From Candidatus Saccharimonadota bacterium (GTDB lineage Bacteria > Bacteroidota > Bacteroidia > Flavobacteriales > Blattabacteriaceae): a stretch of 32,000 nucleotides of DNA. The notes below the pieces were generated by a model. The model did no database searches and was not told the origin of the DNA. It was given only the letters and a program-made list of their open reading frames with translations. Below are positions 1-10,757 of the stretch, piece by piece. How positions within the stretch are numbered: position 1 is the stretch's first letter; every line of letters begins with the position of its first letter. The position numbers and the translations under genes are program-made. Location: NCBI GenBank assembly GCA_029851085.1, contig CP100318.1, positions 1 through 32,000 on the forward strand, given 5' to 3'.

Positions 1-7
1 AATTTTA

Positions 8-3000
8 TTATTCAAAAATAATATCTAAACCCAATCCTTTAAGCTCTTTACATACTACATTTAAAGATGCAGGTATACCAGGTTCTGGTAATGATAATCC
101 TTTAACTAATGATTCATAAGTTTTAGTTCTTCCTATAACATCGTCAGATTTAACAGTTAGCATTTCACGTAATGTATTAGATGCACCATAAGCTTCAAGT
201 GCCCAAACTTCCATTTCTCCAAATCTTTGACCTCCAAATTGAGCTTTACCACCTAAAGGTTGTTGTGTAATTAATGAATATGGGCCTATTGAACGAGCGT
301 GCATTTTATCATCTACCATATGTCCTAGTTTAAGCATATATATCATACCAACTGTAGCGGGTTGATCGAATTTTGTACCAGTTTCTCCATCAAAAAGATA
401 AGTTCTTCCAAAACGTGGTAATCCAGCTTGATTTGTATATTCAGATATTTGTTCTATTGAAGCTCCTGAAAATATAGGGCTAGCAAATTTTTTATTTAAT
501 GTATATCCTGCCCAGCCTAATACAGTTTCATATATTTGTCCAATATTCATACGTGAAGGTACACCTAAAGGATTTAAAACAATATCTACAGTAGTTCCAT
601 CTTCTAAAAATGGCATATCTTCATCTCGAACTATATTAGCTACAATACCTTTATTACCATGGCGTCCAGCCATTTTGTCACCTACTTTTAGTTTACGTTT
701 TTTTGCAATATATACTTTTGCCATTTTTACAATACCAGTAGGTAATTCATCACCAATAGTAACAGAAATTTTTTGACGTTTAAATTTATTTTTGAGAGAT
801 GTTAATGTTTTTTTAAAATTATGTAATAATTTTGATATTAAATTATTTTTTTCATTTGAAGGACATAATATTTCTGATATATCAGAATAATCTTTTATAT
901 TATTTAATAACTTTAGTGTAAATTTTACTCCTTTAGCTATAACTTTTTTAGAATTAAAAAAAATTCCTTGAGATATTTCTCCATCTAATAATGAAAAAAG
1001 TTTTTCTATAATTTGTTCACGTAATTTAAAAAAAGTATTTTTATATTCTGCATCAATACGTTCTATTTCTGATTTTTCTTTAGCTTTAGATTTTTTATCT
1101 TTTCTATTATTTCTATAAAATAATTTTGTATCTATTACAACACCAAATAAAGAAGGATCTGCTCTTAATGAAACATCTTTCACATTACCTGCTTTATCTC
1201 CAAAAATAGCTCTAAGTAATTTTTCTTCTGGTGTTGGATCATATTCACCTTTAGGAGTAATTTTACCAATTAAAATATCTCCTGGAGAAACATGTGTTCC
1301 TACCATAATAAGACCATTTTCATCTAAATATTTTGTTGATTCTTCACTAACATTAGGAATATCATTAGTAAATTCTTCTACTCCAAATTTTGTATCACGT
1401 ACCTCCAAAGAATATTCATCTATGTGAATAGATGTAAACCAATCTTCTCTAACAATTCTTTCAGAAATTACAATAGCATCTTCGAAATTATATCCTTTTA
1501 ATGGCATAAATGCTACTTTGCAATCTCTTCCTAATGCTAATTCACCATTTTCAGTAGCATATCCTTGACAAAGAACTTGGCCATTAGTTACATAATCTCC
1601 TTTTTTAACTATTGGTTTTAATGTAATACAAGTATTTTGATTAGTTTTTCTAAATTTAATTAAATTATATTTTTTAATGTTTGAATTAAAATTTCTTAAA
1701 GATTCTTCATTAGTTTGGTTATAATTAATAATTATATTATTAGCATCAACATATTCTACAACACCATTTCCCTCTGCATTAATTAAAATCCTAGAATCCA
1801 TAGCTACTTTTTGTTCTAATCCTGTACCAACAATAGGAGCTTTAGGTTGTAATAATGGAACCGATTGTCGCATCATATTAGACCCCATTAATGCTCTATT
1901 CGCATCATCATGTTCAAGAAATGGAATTAATGAAGCAGAAATAGATGCAATTTGATTAGGCATTACATCAATGTAATCTATTTCTTTAGAATTTACTAAT
2001 GGAAAATCACCATTTTTTCGTGCTATTATACGTTCGTTAATAAAATTTCCATCATAATCTAACTTTGCGTCTGCTGTAGCAATTAATTTTCCTTCTTCTT
2101 CGTCAGCACCTAATGATATAGGTTTATTAAAGTTTACTTTTCCATTATGTACAGGCCAATAAATAGTTTCTATAAATCCCATCTTATTAATACTTGCGTA
2201 TGTACATATAGATGTTACTAAACCAATATTTGGGCCTTCTGGAGTTTCTATAGGACATAATCTTCCATAATGAGAATAATGTACATCACGTACTTCAAAT
2301 CCAGCACGTTTTCTTGATAATCCTCCTGGTCCTAAAGCTGATAATCTTCTTTTATGAGTTATCTCAGATAATGGATTAACTTGATCCATAAATTGTGATA
2401 ATTGACTAGTTCCAAAAAAAGTATTAACTACAGAAGATAAAGTTTTTGCATTTATAAGATCAACAGGTGTAAATACTTCATCACGTATATTCATTTTTTC
2501 TCGTATATTTCTAGCTGTTCTAACTAATCCAATACTAAATTGAGTAGCTAACTGTTCTCCAACTGTTTTTACTCTACGATTGGATAGATGGTCAATATCA
2601 TCTATTTCTTTTTTAGAAGTAAATAATTCGTTTAAATATTTTATTATGGATATAATATCATCTTTTGTAAGCACTTTACAATCTATACTAATATTCAAAT
2701 TTAAACGTTTATTCAATCTATCTCTACCAACTGGTCCTAAAGAATATCTATTTTCAGAAAAAAAAAGTTTATCTATAACATTTTTTGCAGTTTCATGATC
2801 TGGAGGTTCAGCATTTCTTAATTGTCTATAAATATATTCTATAGCTTCTTTTTCAGAATTTGTATTATCTTTTCTTAAAGTATTATAAATTAATGAATAC
2901 TCAATATTTTTTTTATGCAAATAAATATATTTAATATTATATTTCATCATTTTATGAAAATGATTTTCTTCTAAAATAATATCACGATCTAAAATTACTT

Positions 3001-3793
3001 TATTTCGTTGTATAGATATTATTTTTCCAGTTTCTTCATCTACTATATCTTCATACCATGTATGTAATACACGTCCAGCAAGTTTACGTCCTAATATTTC
3101 ATTAAAATTATTTTCTTTTATTTCAAATTTATCTGCTATATCAAATAGATTTAATATATCTTCATCTTTTTCATAACCTATAGAACGTAATAATGTTGTA
3201 AGTGGCAATTTTTTCTTTCTATCAATATAGGCATATATTACATTATTAATATCTGTAGTAAATTCTATCCATGATCCTTTAAATGGAATTATTCTTGCAG
3301 AATAAAGTTTTGTACCATTAGCATGATATGATTGTCCAAAGAATACTCCAGGAGAACGATGTAATTGCGAAACTATAACTCTTTCTGCTCCATTAAAAAT
3401 AAAAGATCCAGAAGGAGTCATATATGGATATGTTCCTAAATACACATCTTGACATACAGGTTTAAATTCTTTATTTTCTTGCTCATTACAAGAAGATAAT
3501 TTTAATTTAGCTTTTAAAGATATACAATATGTTAATCCTCTTTCAATACAATAATCTATTGAATATCTAGGATTATCTATATTATAATCAATAAATTCTA
3601 ATACAAAATTATTTTTAGCATCATAAATTGGAAAATTGTCTTTAAAAACTTTAAATAATCCTTCTTTTTTACGATCTTCAATTTTTGTATCTAATTGAAA
3701 AAATTCTTTGAAAGATTTTATTTGAATATTTAAAAAGTCTTTATAATAAACTGGATGAGTTATTGATGTAAAATTAATTCTTTTGGTTTTCAA
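8..3793 (-). CDS. rpoB: DNA-directed RNA polymerase subunit beta
   Basis: Full-length 1261-aa ORF with RpoB hallmarks in the translation ([22 protein letters not shown]) and the conserved position upstream of rplL. The start is TTG at 3793-3791. An in-frame TAA lies only 4 codons upstream and no ATG is available. Confidence 0.97.
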   Translation of the reverse strand: MKTKRINFTSITHPVYYKDFLNIQIKSFKEFFQLDTKIEDRKKEGLFKVFKDNFPIYDAKNNFVLEFIDYNIDNPRYSIDYCIERGLTYCISLKAKLKLSSCNEQENKEFKPVCQDVYLGTYPYMTPSGSFIFNGAERVIVSQLHRSPGVFFGQSYHANGTKLYSARIIPFKGSWIEFTTDINNVIYAYIDRKKKLPLTTLLRSIGYEKDEDILNLFDIADKFEIKENNFNEILGRKLAGRVLHTWYEDIVDEETGKIISIQRNKVILDRDIILEENHFHKMMKYNIKYIYLHKKNIEYSLIYNTLRKDNTNSEKEAIEYIYRQLRNAEPPDHETAKNVIDKLFFSENRYSLGPVGRDRLNKRLNLNISIDCKVLTKDDIISIIKYLNELFTSKKEIDDIDHLSNRRVKTVGEQLATQFSIGLVRTARNIREKMNIRDEVFTPVDLINAKTLSSVVNTFFGTSQLSQFMDQVNPLSEITHKRRLSALGPGGLSRKRAGFEVRDVHYSHYGRLCPIETPEGPNIGLVTSICTYASINKMGFIETIYWPVHNGKVNFNKPISLGADEEEGKLIATADAKLDYDGNFINERIIARKNGDFPLVNSKEIDYIDVMPNQIASISASLIPFLEHDDANRALMGSNMMRQSVPLLQPKAPIVGTGLEQKVAMDSRILINAEGNGVVEYVDANNIIINYNQTNEESLRNFNSNIKKYNLIKFRKTNQNTCITLKPIVKKGDYVTNGQVLCQGYATENGELALGRDCKVAFMPLKGYNFEDAIVISERIVREDWFTSIHIDEYSLEVRDTKFGVEEFTNDIPNVSEESTKYLDENGLIMVGTHVSPGDILIGKITPKGEYDPTPEEKLLRAIFGDKAGNVKDVSLRADPSLFGVVIDTKLFYRNNRKDKKSKAKEKSEIERIDAEYKNTFFKLREQIIEKLFSLLDGEISQGIFFNSKKVIAKGVKFTLKLLNNIKDYSDISEILCPSNEKNNLISKLLHNFKKTLTSLKNKFKRQKISVTIGDELPTGIVKMAKVYIAKKRKLKVGDKMAGRHGNKGIVANIVRDEDMPFLEDGTTVDIVLNPLGVPSRMNIGQIYETVLGWAGYTLNKKFASPIFSGASIEQISEYTNQAGLPRFGRTYLFDGETGTKFDQPATVGMIYMLKLGHMVDDKMHARSIGPYSLITQQPLGGKAQFGGQRFGEMEVWALEAYGASNTLREMLTVKSDDVIGRTKTYESLVKGLSLPEPGIPASLNVVCKELKGLGLDIIFE

Positions 3794-3815
3794 TTTTTTT
3801 GTTTTTTAAAAAAAA

Positions 3816-4214
3816 TTATTTTAATTCTATTTCTGCCCCTTTTTCTTCAAATTGTTTTTTTATTTTTTCTGCTTCTTCTTTATTTATTCCTGTTTTTATA
3901 ACAGTATCTTTTGAAGTATCATTTGTAGCAGAATCGACTAATTCTTTAGCTTCTGTAAGAGACTTACCTGTTATATCTTTTACTAATTTCATTATTGCTA
4001 ATTTAGTTGTTCCTACAGATTTTAAAATAACATCAAAAATATTTTTTTCTTCTTTTTTTTGTGATTTTGCATCATTAATATTAGATACAGAAGGTATAGT
4101 AACAGTATTAGAAGGTTTAATATTATATTCTTTTTCTAAAACCATTGATAATTCATTTACTTCTTTTACAGTTAAATTAACTAACTGTTCGGCTAATTGT
4201 TTTAAATCTGTCAT
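3816..4214 (-). CDS. rplL: 50S ribosomal protein L7/L12, read from the internal ATG of the 314-aa ORF
   Basis: The C-terminal 132 aa of ORF 3816..4760 start at MTDLKQLAEQLVNLTVKEVNEL and end EEAEKIKKQFEEKGAEIELK, a typical L7/L12. The ATG is at 4214-4212. No stop codon separates it from the upstream L10 frame. Confidence 0.9.
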   Translation of the reverse strand: MTDLKQLAEQLVNLTVKEVNELSMVLEKEYNIKPSNTVTIPSVSNINDAKSQKKEEKNIFDVILKSVGTTKLAIMKLVKDITGKSLTEAKELVDSATNDTSKDTVIKTGINKEEAEKIKKQFEEKGAEIELK

Positions 4215-4760
4215 TTTATTTAATTTATTAATTTTATTATTTATCTGTAAACTGTGCAGAATATTAAAAATATTATTATTAACTTTTAAAGTTGAAATTA
4301 AATTAATAATAGTAAAATTTAATAATTTGAATATTTCATATATTAATTCTTCTTTAGATTTAATACGTATTAAGGTTTCCAAATGATTATTACCTATATA
4401 AAAACATTTATCAATATAAACACCTTTTATTATAGGTTTATTATTTATACCTGTTTTAATTCTAAAATTTTTAATAATTTTAGCAGGAAGATTATTAATA
4501 TTTGATATACTTATAGTAGTATTACCTTTTAATATATCATAAAATGGATCAAATTCTTTATTTTTATTAAATTCTAATGCTTTTTTAAATAAAGAATTTT
4601 TAATTGTTTTTGTTTTTACTTGAAATTTAAAACATTCATTTCTAAATATTGAAATTTGTTTAGCATTTAATCCAGAAATATCTGTTAAATAAATGGCATT
4701 ATTACTAGATAACCAAGATACTAAAGCTTCTATATTTTTATATTTTTGTTCTTTTGTCAT
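4215..4760 (-). CDS. rplJ: 50S ribosomal protein L10 portion with no stop codon of its own; it runs in frame into rplL
   Basis: The N-terminal 182 aa of ORF 3816..4760 (MTKEQKYKNIEALVSWLSSNNAIYLTDISGLNAKQ...) are L10-like and sit in the conserved rplA-rplJ-rplL order. The last codons AAT AAA TTA AAT AAA are followed directly by the rplL ATG. The ATG overlaps the rplA stop by 4 nt. Confidence 0.85.
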
Positions 4761-5434
4761 AATTTTTTATCTAAAATATTAGTATTTATTTTAATACTTG
4801 GACTCATAGTACTTGAAATATAAATGCTTTTAACATAAGTTCCTTTTAACATTGTATGTTTTAAACTTTTAATTAATTCCAGTGCATTTTCTTCAATTTT
4901 TTTTGAACTAAAAGAAATTTTTCCTATAGAAACATGAATTATACCATAACGATCTGTTATAAAATCTATTTTTCCAGATTTTATTTCTTTAATAGCTTTT
5001 CCTGGTTCCATGCTTATAGTACCTATATTAGGATTAGGCATTAATCTTCTAGGTCCTAAAATTTTTCCTAAAGTAGCTAATTTTGTCATTATCATAGGCA
5101 TAGTAACAATAACATCAAAATCTAACCATCCATTTTTTATTTTATCTAAATATTCATCTAATCCAATATAAGTGGCGTTAGCTTCTTTAGCTTCAGTAAG
5201 TTTATCTGGTGTCACTAATGCTAAAATGCGTATATTTTTTCCTGTTCCATGAGGAAGAGTAACTATGCCACGTATATTAGTTTTACGTATATATAAATTG
5301 ATTGCTAAATCAACTGAAGAATCAAATTTAGTAAAAGAAATATCTTTAATTAAAACAGTAGCTTCTTCAAGAGTATAATATTTATTGTTATCTATTTTTT
5401 TTAATACTTCTTTTCTGTTTTTTGTAATTTTCAC
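4757..5434 (-). CDS. rplA: 50S ribosomal protein L1
   Basis: 225-aa ORF, L1-like, in the rplK-rplA order. The start is GTG at 5434-5432. Confidence 0.93.
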   Translation of the reverse strand: MKITKNRKEVLKKIDNNKYYTLEEATVLIKDISFTKFDSSVDLAINLYIRKTNIRGIVTLPHGTGKNIRILALVTPDKLTEAKEANATYIGLDEYLDKIKNGWLDFDVIVTMPMIMTKLATLGKILGPRRLMPNPNIGTISMEPGKAIKEIKSGKIDFITDRYGIIHVSIGKISFSSKKIEENALELIKSLKHTMLKGTYVKSIYISSTMSPSIKINTNILDKKL

Positions 5435-5447
5435 TTTATTTATTAGT

Positions 5448-5873
5448 TTAACATACTTGAATTCCCATAGATTTAGCGGTACCTACTATCATTGAAATAG
5501 CAGCTTCAATAGAATGACAATTCATATCATAGATTTTATTTTCTGCAATAATTTTTACTTCTTCAAAACTAATTTTAGCAATTTTAATTTTATTAGGTTC
5601 TTTAGAACCTTTTTTCAATTTTGTTAATTCTAATAATTGTACTGTAACAGGAGGATTTTTAATTAAAAAATCAAATGATTTATCTTCATAAACAGTAATT
5701 ATTACTGGACATATTTTTCCTTTTTTTTCTTGAGTCTTTAAATTAAATTTTTTGCAAAAATCCATAATATTTATTCCTGCACTACCTAAAACCGGACCTA
5801 TGGGAGGTGATGGTGTAGCTTTACCACCTTCTATTTTATTTATTTTTAATTTTTTAATTATTTTTTTATTCAT
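5448..5873 (-). CDS. rplK: 50S ribosomal protein L11
   Basis: 141-aa ORF with the PPIGPVLG motif characteristic of L11. Confidence 0.95.
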   Translation of the reverse strand: MNKKIIKKLKINKIEGGKATPSPPIGPVLGSAGINIMDFCKKFNLKTQEKKGKICPVIITVYEDKSFDFLIKNPPVTVQLLELTKLKKGSKEPNKIKIAKISFEEVKIIAENKIYDMNCHSIEAAISMIVGTAKSMGIQVC

Positions 5874-5885
5874 AAATATAATTTT

Positions 5886-6428
5886 CTAAATTCTTTCTAT
5901 TTGAGTAAAATTTAATTCTAAAGGTGTTTTTCTTCCAAAAATCAATACAGCTACTTCTATTTTTTTTTTTTCTTTATTAATTTTTTCTATTGTTCCATTA
6001 AATCCATTAAAAGGTCCATCTATAATTTTTACTGTTTCGTCAATATAAAATGGTATATTTATACTTTCAATATTTTCATATTTATCTATTTTACCAAGAA
6101 TTTTATTTACTTCTTCTTTTCTTAAAGGAATAGGATTACCATTTTTACCTTCACATAAAAAATTTATAACACCTGGTATTTTTTTTATTAGATAATATAA
6201 TTCTACTTCTAAATTAATTTCAATAATTAGATAACCTGGATAATGTATTTTTTCTTTTTTTATTTTTTTTCCATTACGTATTTGAATGATATTTTCAATA
6301 GGAACTAGCATTTGACCTAGATAATTAGTAAGTTTCATATATTTAATCTCTCTTTCAATAGAAAATTTTACTTGATTTTCTTTACCACTTATTGTTCTTA
6401 TGACATACCATTTTTTTTCTTTATTCAT
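5886..6428 (-). CDS. nusG: Transcription termination/antitermination factor NusG
   Basis: 180-aa ORF beginning KKWYVIRTISGKENQV (NGN domain) with a C-terminal KOW-like region, in the secE-nusG-rplK order. Confidence 0.92.
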   Translation of the reverse strand: MNKEKKWYVIRTISGKENQVKFSIEREIKYMKLTNYLGQMLVPIENIIQIRNGKKIKKEKIHYPGYLIIEINLEVELYYLIKKIPGVINFLCEGKNGNPIPLRKEEVNKILGKIDKYENIESINIPFYIDETVKIIDGPFNGFNGTIEKINKEKKKIEVAVLIFGRKTPLELNFTQIERI

Positions 6429-6607
6429 TTAAATATTATTTGTAATATCCATATAAAAAAATCATCTATTAAGTATAATATTAAAGAAAATACTATAATA
6501 AAAGTAATTGTAATTATAGTTAGACATTGTAATTCTTTCCACTTAGTCCATGTTATTTTATGAATAAATTCATTATATAACTCTATAATAAAATTATTTA
6601 ATTTCAT
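6425..6607 (-). CDS. secE: Preprotein translocase subunit SecE
   Basis: 60-aa ORF with the KITWTKWKEL motif followed by one hydrophobic helix. It lies between tRNA-Trp and nusG and overlaps nusG by 4 nt. Confidence 0.85.
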   Translation of the reverse strand: MKLNNFIIELYNEFIHKITWTKWKELQCLTIITITFIIVFSLILYLIDDFFIWILQIIFK

Positions 6608-6644
6608 ATAATAGCACGAATTATTTAATATTATTTAATAATAG

Positions 6645-6717
6645 CACGGGCGGTAAGATTCGAACTTACTACTTCCGGTTTTGGAGACCGGTGTTCTACC
6701 TATTGAACTACGCCCGT
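6645..6717 (-). tRNA. trnW: tRNA-Trp (anticodon CCA)
   Basis: Hand-folded cloverleaf: acceptor ACGGGCG/CGCCCGT, anticodon arm CCGGT-CTCCAAA-ACCGG, T arm GTAAG-TTCGAAT-CTTAC. A GC-rich island in AT-rich DNA at the conserved position upstream of secE. Confidence 0.9.
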
Positions 6718-6745
6718 TAATTAATTTTTTTTACTAAAATATTAT

Positions 6746-7933
6746 TTATTTTAAAATTTTAGTTACTTTTCCAGCTCCCACTGTTTTTCCACCTTCGCGA
6801 ATAGCAAAATGTAATCCTTCATTAAGAGCTACTGGTTGATGAAGTTTTACTTTAATAGTTAAATTATCTCCTGGCATAACCATATCTACACCTTCAAGAA
6901 GATTAACTTCTCCTGTTACATCTGTAGTTCTAAAATAAAATTGCGGACGATATTTATTATGAAAAGGAGTATGACGACCTCCTTCTTCTTTTGTTAAAAT
7001 ATATACTTCTGAAATAAATTCTTTATGAGGAGTTATATATCCTTGTTTTGCTATTACCATACCACGACGAACTTGATCTTTATTTATACCACGTAATAAT
7101 ATACCTAAATTATCTCCTGCTTGGCCATTATCTAATATTTTTCGATGCATTTCTATCCCTGTTATAGTAGAAGTTAATTTATCTTCGTTTAGACCAATAA
7201 TTTCAATAGAATCACCTGTTTTACACATACCTTTTTCTACACGACCAGTACATACTGTACCTCTACCTGTTATTGTAAATACATCTTCTATAGGCATTAA
7301 AAATGGTTTATCTATTTCACGTATTGGATCTGGCATATAGCTATCTATAGCTTTCATAAGCTCATTTATTTTTTCTATCCATTCTGGTTTTCCCTCAAGT
7401 GCTCCTAATGATGATCCTTTTATAATTGGAACATTATCACCATCATAATTATATTTAGATAATAATTCACGAGTTTCCATTTCAACTAATTCCAATAATT
7501 CAGTATCTTGTACTTTATCAACTTTATTTATATAAGGTAATAATACTGGAACACCTACTTCACGTGCTAGTAAAACGTGTTCATGAGTTTGAGGCATAAT
7601 TCCATCTGTAGCTGATATTACTAATATAGCACCATCCATTTGTGCAGCACCAGTAACCATATTTTTTATATAATCAGCGTGTCCAGGACAATCTACATGA
7701 GTGTAATGTCGTTTTTCTGTTTCGTATTCTACATGTGAAGTATTAATAGTAATACCTCTAGCTTTTTCCTCTGGAGCATTATCAATTTCTTCAAAACTTT
7801 TTTCTGTTGCTAATTTTCTTGCTGCTAAAACTTTAGTAATTGCAGCAGTAGTAGTAGTTTTACCATGATCAACATGACCTATAGAACCTACAGTAAAATT
7901 TGGTTTATTTCGTTTAAATATTTCTTTTGCCAT
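6746..7933 (-). CDS. tuf: Elongation factor Tu
   Basis: [27 protein letters not shown]..., unmistakably EF-Tu. I place the start at the ATG at 7933-7931. The longer ORF-track start at 7981 runs into tRNA-Thr and is rejected. Confidence 0.97.
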   Translation of the reverse strand: MAKEIFKRNKPNFTVGSIGHVDHGKTTTTAAITKVLAARKLATEKSFEEIDNAPEEKARGITINTSHVEYETEKRHYTHVDCPGHADYIKNMVTGAAQMDGAILVISATDGIMPQTHEHVLLAREVGVPVLLPYINKVDKVQDTELLELVEMETRELLSKYNYDGDNVPIIKGSSLGALEGKPEWIEKINELMKAIDSYMPDPIREIDKPFLMPIEDVFTITGRGTVCTGRVEKGMCKTGDSIEIIGLNEDKLTSTITGIEMHRKILDNGQAGDNLGILLRGINKDQVRRGMVIAKQGYITPHKEFISEVYILTKEEGGRHTPFHNKYRPQFYFRTTDVTGEVNLLEGVDMVMPGDNLTIKVKLHQPVALNEGLHFAIREGGKTVGAGKVTKILK

Positions 7934-7950
7934 CTTTAAAATATAATTTG

Positions 7951-8022
7951 AGCCAATGACGGGAATTGAACCCGTGACCACTTTCTTACCAAGAAAGTGC
8001 TCTGCCTCTGAGCTACATTGGC
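7951..8022 (-). tRNA. trnT: tRNA-Thr (anticodon GGT)
   Basis: Hand-folded: acceptor GCCAATG/CATTGGC, anticodon arm CTTTC-TTGGTAA-GAAAG, T loop TTCAATT. 72 nt. Confidence 0.88.
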
Positions 8023-8046
8023 TACATTTGCTATAAATAATGCGTG

Positions 8047-8119
8047 AGCGGGAAACGGGATTCGAACCCGCGATCTTCAGCTTGGAAGGCTGACGCTATA
8101 CCAATTAAGCTATTCCCGC
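8047..8119 (-). tRNA. trnG: tRNA-Gly (anticodon TCC)
   Basis: Hand-folded: acceptor GCGGGAA/TTCCCGC, anticodon arm TCAGC-CTTCCAA-GCTGA, T loop TTCGAAT. 73 nt. Confidence 0.88.
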
Positions 8120-8122
8120 AAG

Positions 8123-8205
8123 TGGGGAGAGCAGGATTCGAACCTGCGAAGGTATAAACCAACAGATTTACAGTCTGCTCTCGTTAACCACTTGAGTATC
8201 TCCCC
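8123..8205 (-). tRNA. trnY: tRNA-Tyr (anticodon GTA), long variable arm
   Basis: Acceptor GGGGAGA/TCTCCCC, anticodon loop CTGTAAA, long variable arm, T loop TTCGAAT. 83 nt. Confidence 0.88.
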
Positions 8206-8215
8206 TAACTAATTG

Positions 8216-8289
8216 AGCCGGTGGAGGGATTTGAACCCACGACCCCGAGATTACAAATCACGTGCTCTACCAAACTGAGCTACACCGGC
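8216..8289 (-). tRNA. trnT: tRNA-Thr (anticodon TGT)
   Basis: Acceptor GCCGGTG/CACCGGC, anticodon loop TTTGTAA, T loop TTCAAAT. 74 nt. It completes the widely conserved Thr-Tyr-Gly-Thr-tuf arrangement. Confidence 0.85.
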
Positions 8290-8314
8290 AATAATTAATT
8301 ATAATAAAATTAAA

Positions 8315-10750
8315 CTATATTTTTGTAATAGAGGAAATTTGATCATCATTAGATTTCAAATTAATCAATTTTATACCTTGAGTAGCACGTCCCATAATTT
8401 TAATATCAGATATTAACATTCTAATTGCTACACCCGATTTCTTAATAATCATAAAATGTTGGGTATTTAATACATTATCAATAGCAATTAATTTTCCTGT
8501 TTTTTTTGTTATTTTAATAGTTTTTACACCTTTGCATCCTCTATTAGTAATAGGATAATCTTTTATATTAGAACGTTTTCCAAAACCTTTTTCAGAAACA
8601 ATTAATATAGTTTCATTTTCAAAATCATTAATACATATCATTCCAACTACAAAATCATCATTATATAATTTAATTCCTTTTATACCATAAGAATTTCTAT
8701 TCATAGTACGTATTTTTTTATTTGAAAAACGTAAAATCATCCCATTGTGTGATGCGATTAAAATGTGACTATTATCTTTTTTAATTATTTTAACTTTTTT
8801 TATAAAATCTCCATTTCGAATTTTAATAGCGTTAATACCATTTTTTCTAGGAATAGAATATTGTTGAAGAAGTGTCTTTTTTATAATACCATATTTAGTA
8901 ACCATTATAATATAATGATTTTTAACATATTCTTTATTATTAATATCATCAGTTAATATGCAAGCACTAATTTTATCTCCTGGTTCTATATTAATTAAAT
9001 TTTGTATTGGACGTCCTTTATATATTTTATGTCCTTCTGGTATTTCAAATACCCTAATCCAAAAACATTTTCCTTTTTTTGTAAAAAATAATGCATATTG
9101 ATGAGTAGTTGCTATAAGTAAATGTTCAATAAAATCTTCTTTACGTAAAGAAGCTCCTATATTACCTATTCCTCCTCGTTTTTGAGGTTTATATTCATTT
9201 AAAGGTGTTCTTTTAATATATCCTGCATTAGATATAGTTAATATAACAGGTTCATTAATAATTAAATCTTCCATAGTAACTTGACTACCTAAATAATTTA
9301 TTTTAGTACAACGTTTATCACTATATTTTTTTTTAATTTCAATAAGTTCATTTTTAATAATTTCCATACGTAATGTTTCTTGAGATAAAATATCTTTATA
9401 TTTTTCTATTATTTTTTTACAATCTTTATAATCATTTTTAATATTTTCACGTTCTATATTTGTAAGCCTATGTAAACGTACCTCAAGAATACTTTTTGCT
9501 TGTATTTTTGATAAGTTGAAATCCTTCATTAATACATTACATGCTTCATTATAATTTTTAGAATTTTTAATTAATTTAAAAATAATATCTATATTTTTTA
9601 ATGTAATTAAAAATCCTTCTAATATATGATAACGTTCTTCTGCTTTTTGTAAATCATATTTTGTTCTACGAGTAACTACTTCAATACGATGATTAACAAA
9701 ATATTTTATAATGTCTTTTAGATTAACTTTTGTAGGTTTTCCATTAATTAATGCTATATTATTTATGCTAAAAAATATTTGAAGATTAGTATATTTATAA
9801 AGTTGATTTAAAACTACATCTGGTACAACATTGTGTTTTAATACATAAACTATTCGTATACCTTTACGATTAGATTCATCACGAATATTTGAAATTCCTT
9901 CTAATTTACCTTCTTTAATTATAGTATAGGTTTTGATAAGTAAATCACTTTTAATAACTTGATAAGGTATTTCATCAACAATAATACATTCTTTATTATC
10001 TATATTTTCAAAATGTGTTTTAGCTCTGATTATAATTGATCCACGTCCTGTATGAAAAGCATTTTTTACTCCTTCGTATCCATAAATAATTCCTCCAGTA
10101 GGAAAATCTGGTGCTTTTATATAGTGCATTAAATTATCAATATCTATATCTTTATTATCAATAAATGCAAAAATTGCTTCTATAGATTCTTTTAAATTAT
10201 GGGGTGCCATATTAGTAGCCATTCCTACTGCAATTCCTGATACACCATTAATTAATAAATTAGGTATACGTGTAGGTAATACCGTAGGTTCTTTTAAAGA
10301 ATCATCAAAATTTAACTGCATATCTACTGTTTCTTTTTCTATATCTACAAGCATTTCCTCAGAAATTTTATTTAAACGTATTTCAGTATAACGCATAGCT
10401 GCAGGAGGATCATTATCAATAGATCCGAAATTTCCTTGACCATCAATTAATTTATAACGAAGTGACCAATTTTGTGCCATACGTACAATAGTATCATATA
10501 CAGAATTATCACCATGTGGATGCAATTTTCCTAAAACTTCGCCTACAATACGAGCTGATTTTTTATGTGTACGATTATATAGTAAACCTAATTTATACAT
10601 ACCAAAAAGAACTCTTCGATGTACGGGTTTAAGTCCATCTCTTATATCTGGCAATGCTCTAGAAATAATAACTGACATTGAATAATCTATATAAGATGAT
10701 TTCATTTCATCTTCAATATTTATTGGTATTATTTTTTCTTTATAAATCAT
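8315..10750 (-). CDS. gyrA: DNA gyrase subunit A
   Basis: 811-aa ORF with N-terminal [30 protein letters not shown] and the active-site AAMRYTE motif. Confidence 0.96.
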   Translation of the reverse strand: MIYKEKIIPINIEDEMKSSYIDYSMSVIISRALPDIRDGLKPVHRRVLFGMYKLGLLYNRTHKKSARIVGEVLGKLHPHGDNSVYDTIVRMAQNWSLRYKLIDGQGNFGSIDNDPPAAMRYTEIRLNKISEEMLVDIEKETVDMQLNFDDSLKEPTVLPTRIPNLLINGVSGIAVGMATNMAPHNLKESIEAIFAFIDNKDIDIDNLMHYIKAPDFPTGGIIYGYEGVKNAFHTGRGSIIIRAKTHFENIDNKECIIVDEIPYQVIKSDLLIKTYTIIKEGKLEGISNIRDESNRKGIRIVYVLKHNVVPDVVLNQLYKYTNLQIFFSINNIALINGKPTKVNLKDIIKYFVNHRIEVVTRRTKYDLQKAEERYHILEGFLITLKNIDIIFKLIKNSKNYNEACNVLMKDFNLSKIQAKSILEVRLHRLTNIERENIKNDYKDCKKIIEKYKDILSQETLRMEIIKNELIEIKKKYSDKRCTKINYLGSQVTMEDLIINEPVILTISNAGYIKRTPLNEYKPQKRGGIGNIGASLRKEDFIEHLLIATTHQYALFFTKKGKCFWIRVFEIPEGHKIYKGRPIQNLINIEPGDKISACILTDDINNKEYVKNHYIIMVTKYGIIKKTLLQQYSIPRKNGINAIKIRNGDFIKKVKIIKKDNSHILIASHNGMILRFSNKKIRTMNRNSYGIKGIKLYNDDFVVGMICINDFENETILIVSEKGFGKRSNIKDYPITNRGCKGVKTIKITKKTGKLIAIDNVLNTQHFMIIKKSGVAIRMLISDIKIMGRATQGIKLINLKSNDDQISSITKI

Positions 10751-10757
10751 AGTTTTA

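Noticed and set aside
3799-4386. 195-aa plus-strand ORF antisense to rplL/rplJ
   Set aside because: It is a low-complexity F/S/I/L-rich shadow of a Lys/Glu-rich gene on the other strand, with no recognisable family, and it is fully nested in well-supported ribosomal protein genes.
7934-7981. Longer tuf ORF starting at 7981 ([16 protein letters not shown]...)
   Set aside because: The extension is read through tRNA-Thr(GGT) on the same strand, whereas the conserved EF-Tu N-terminus MAKE starts at 7933.
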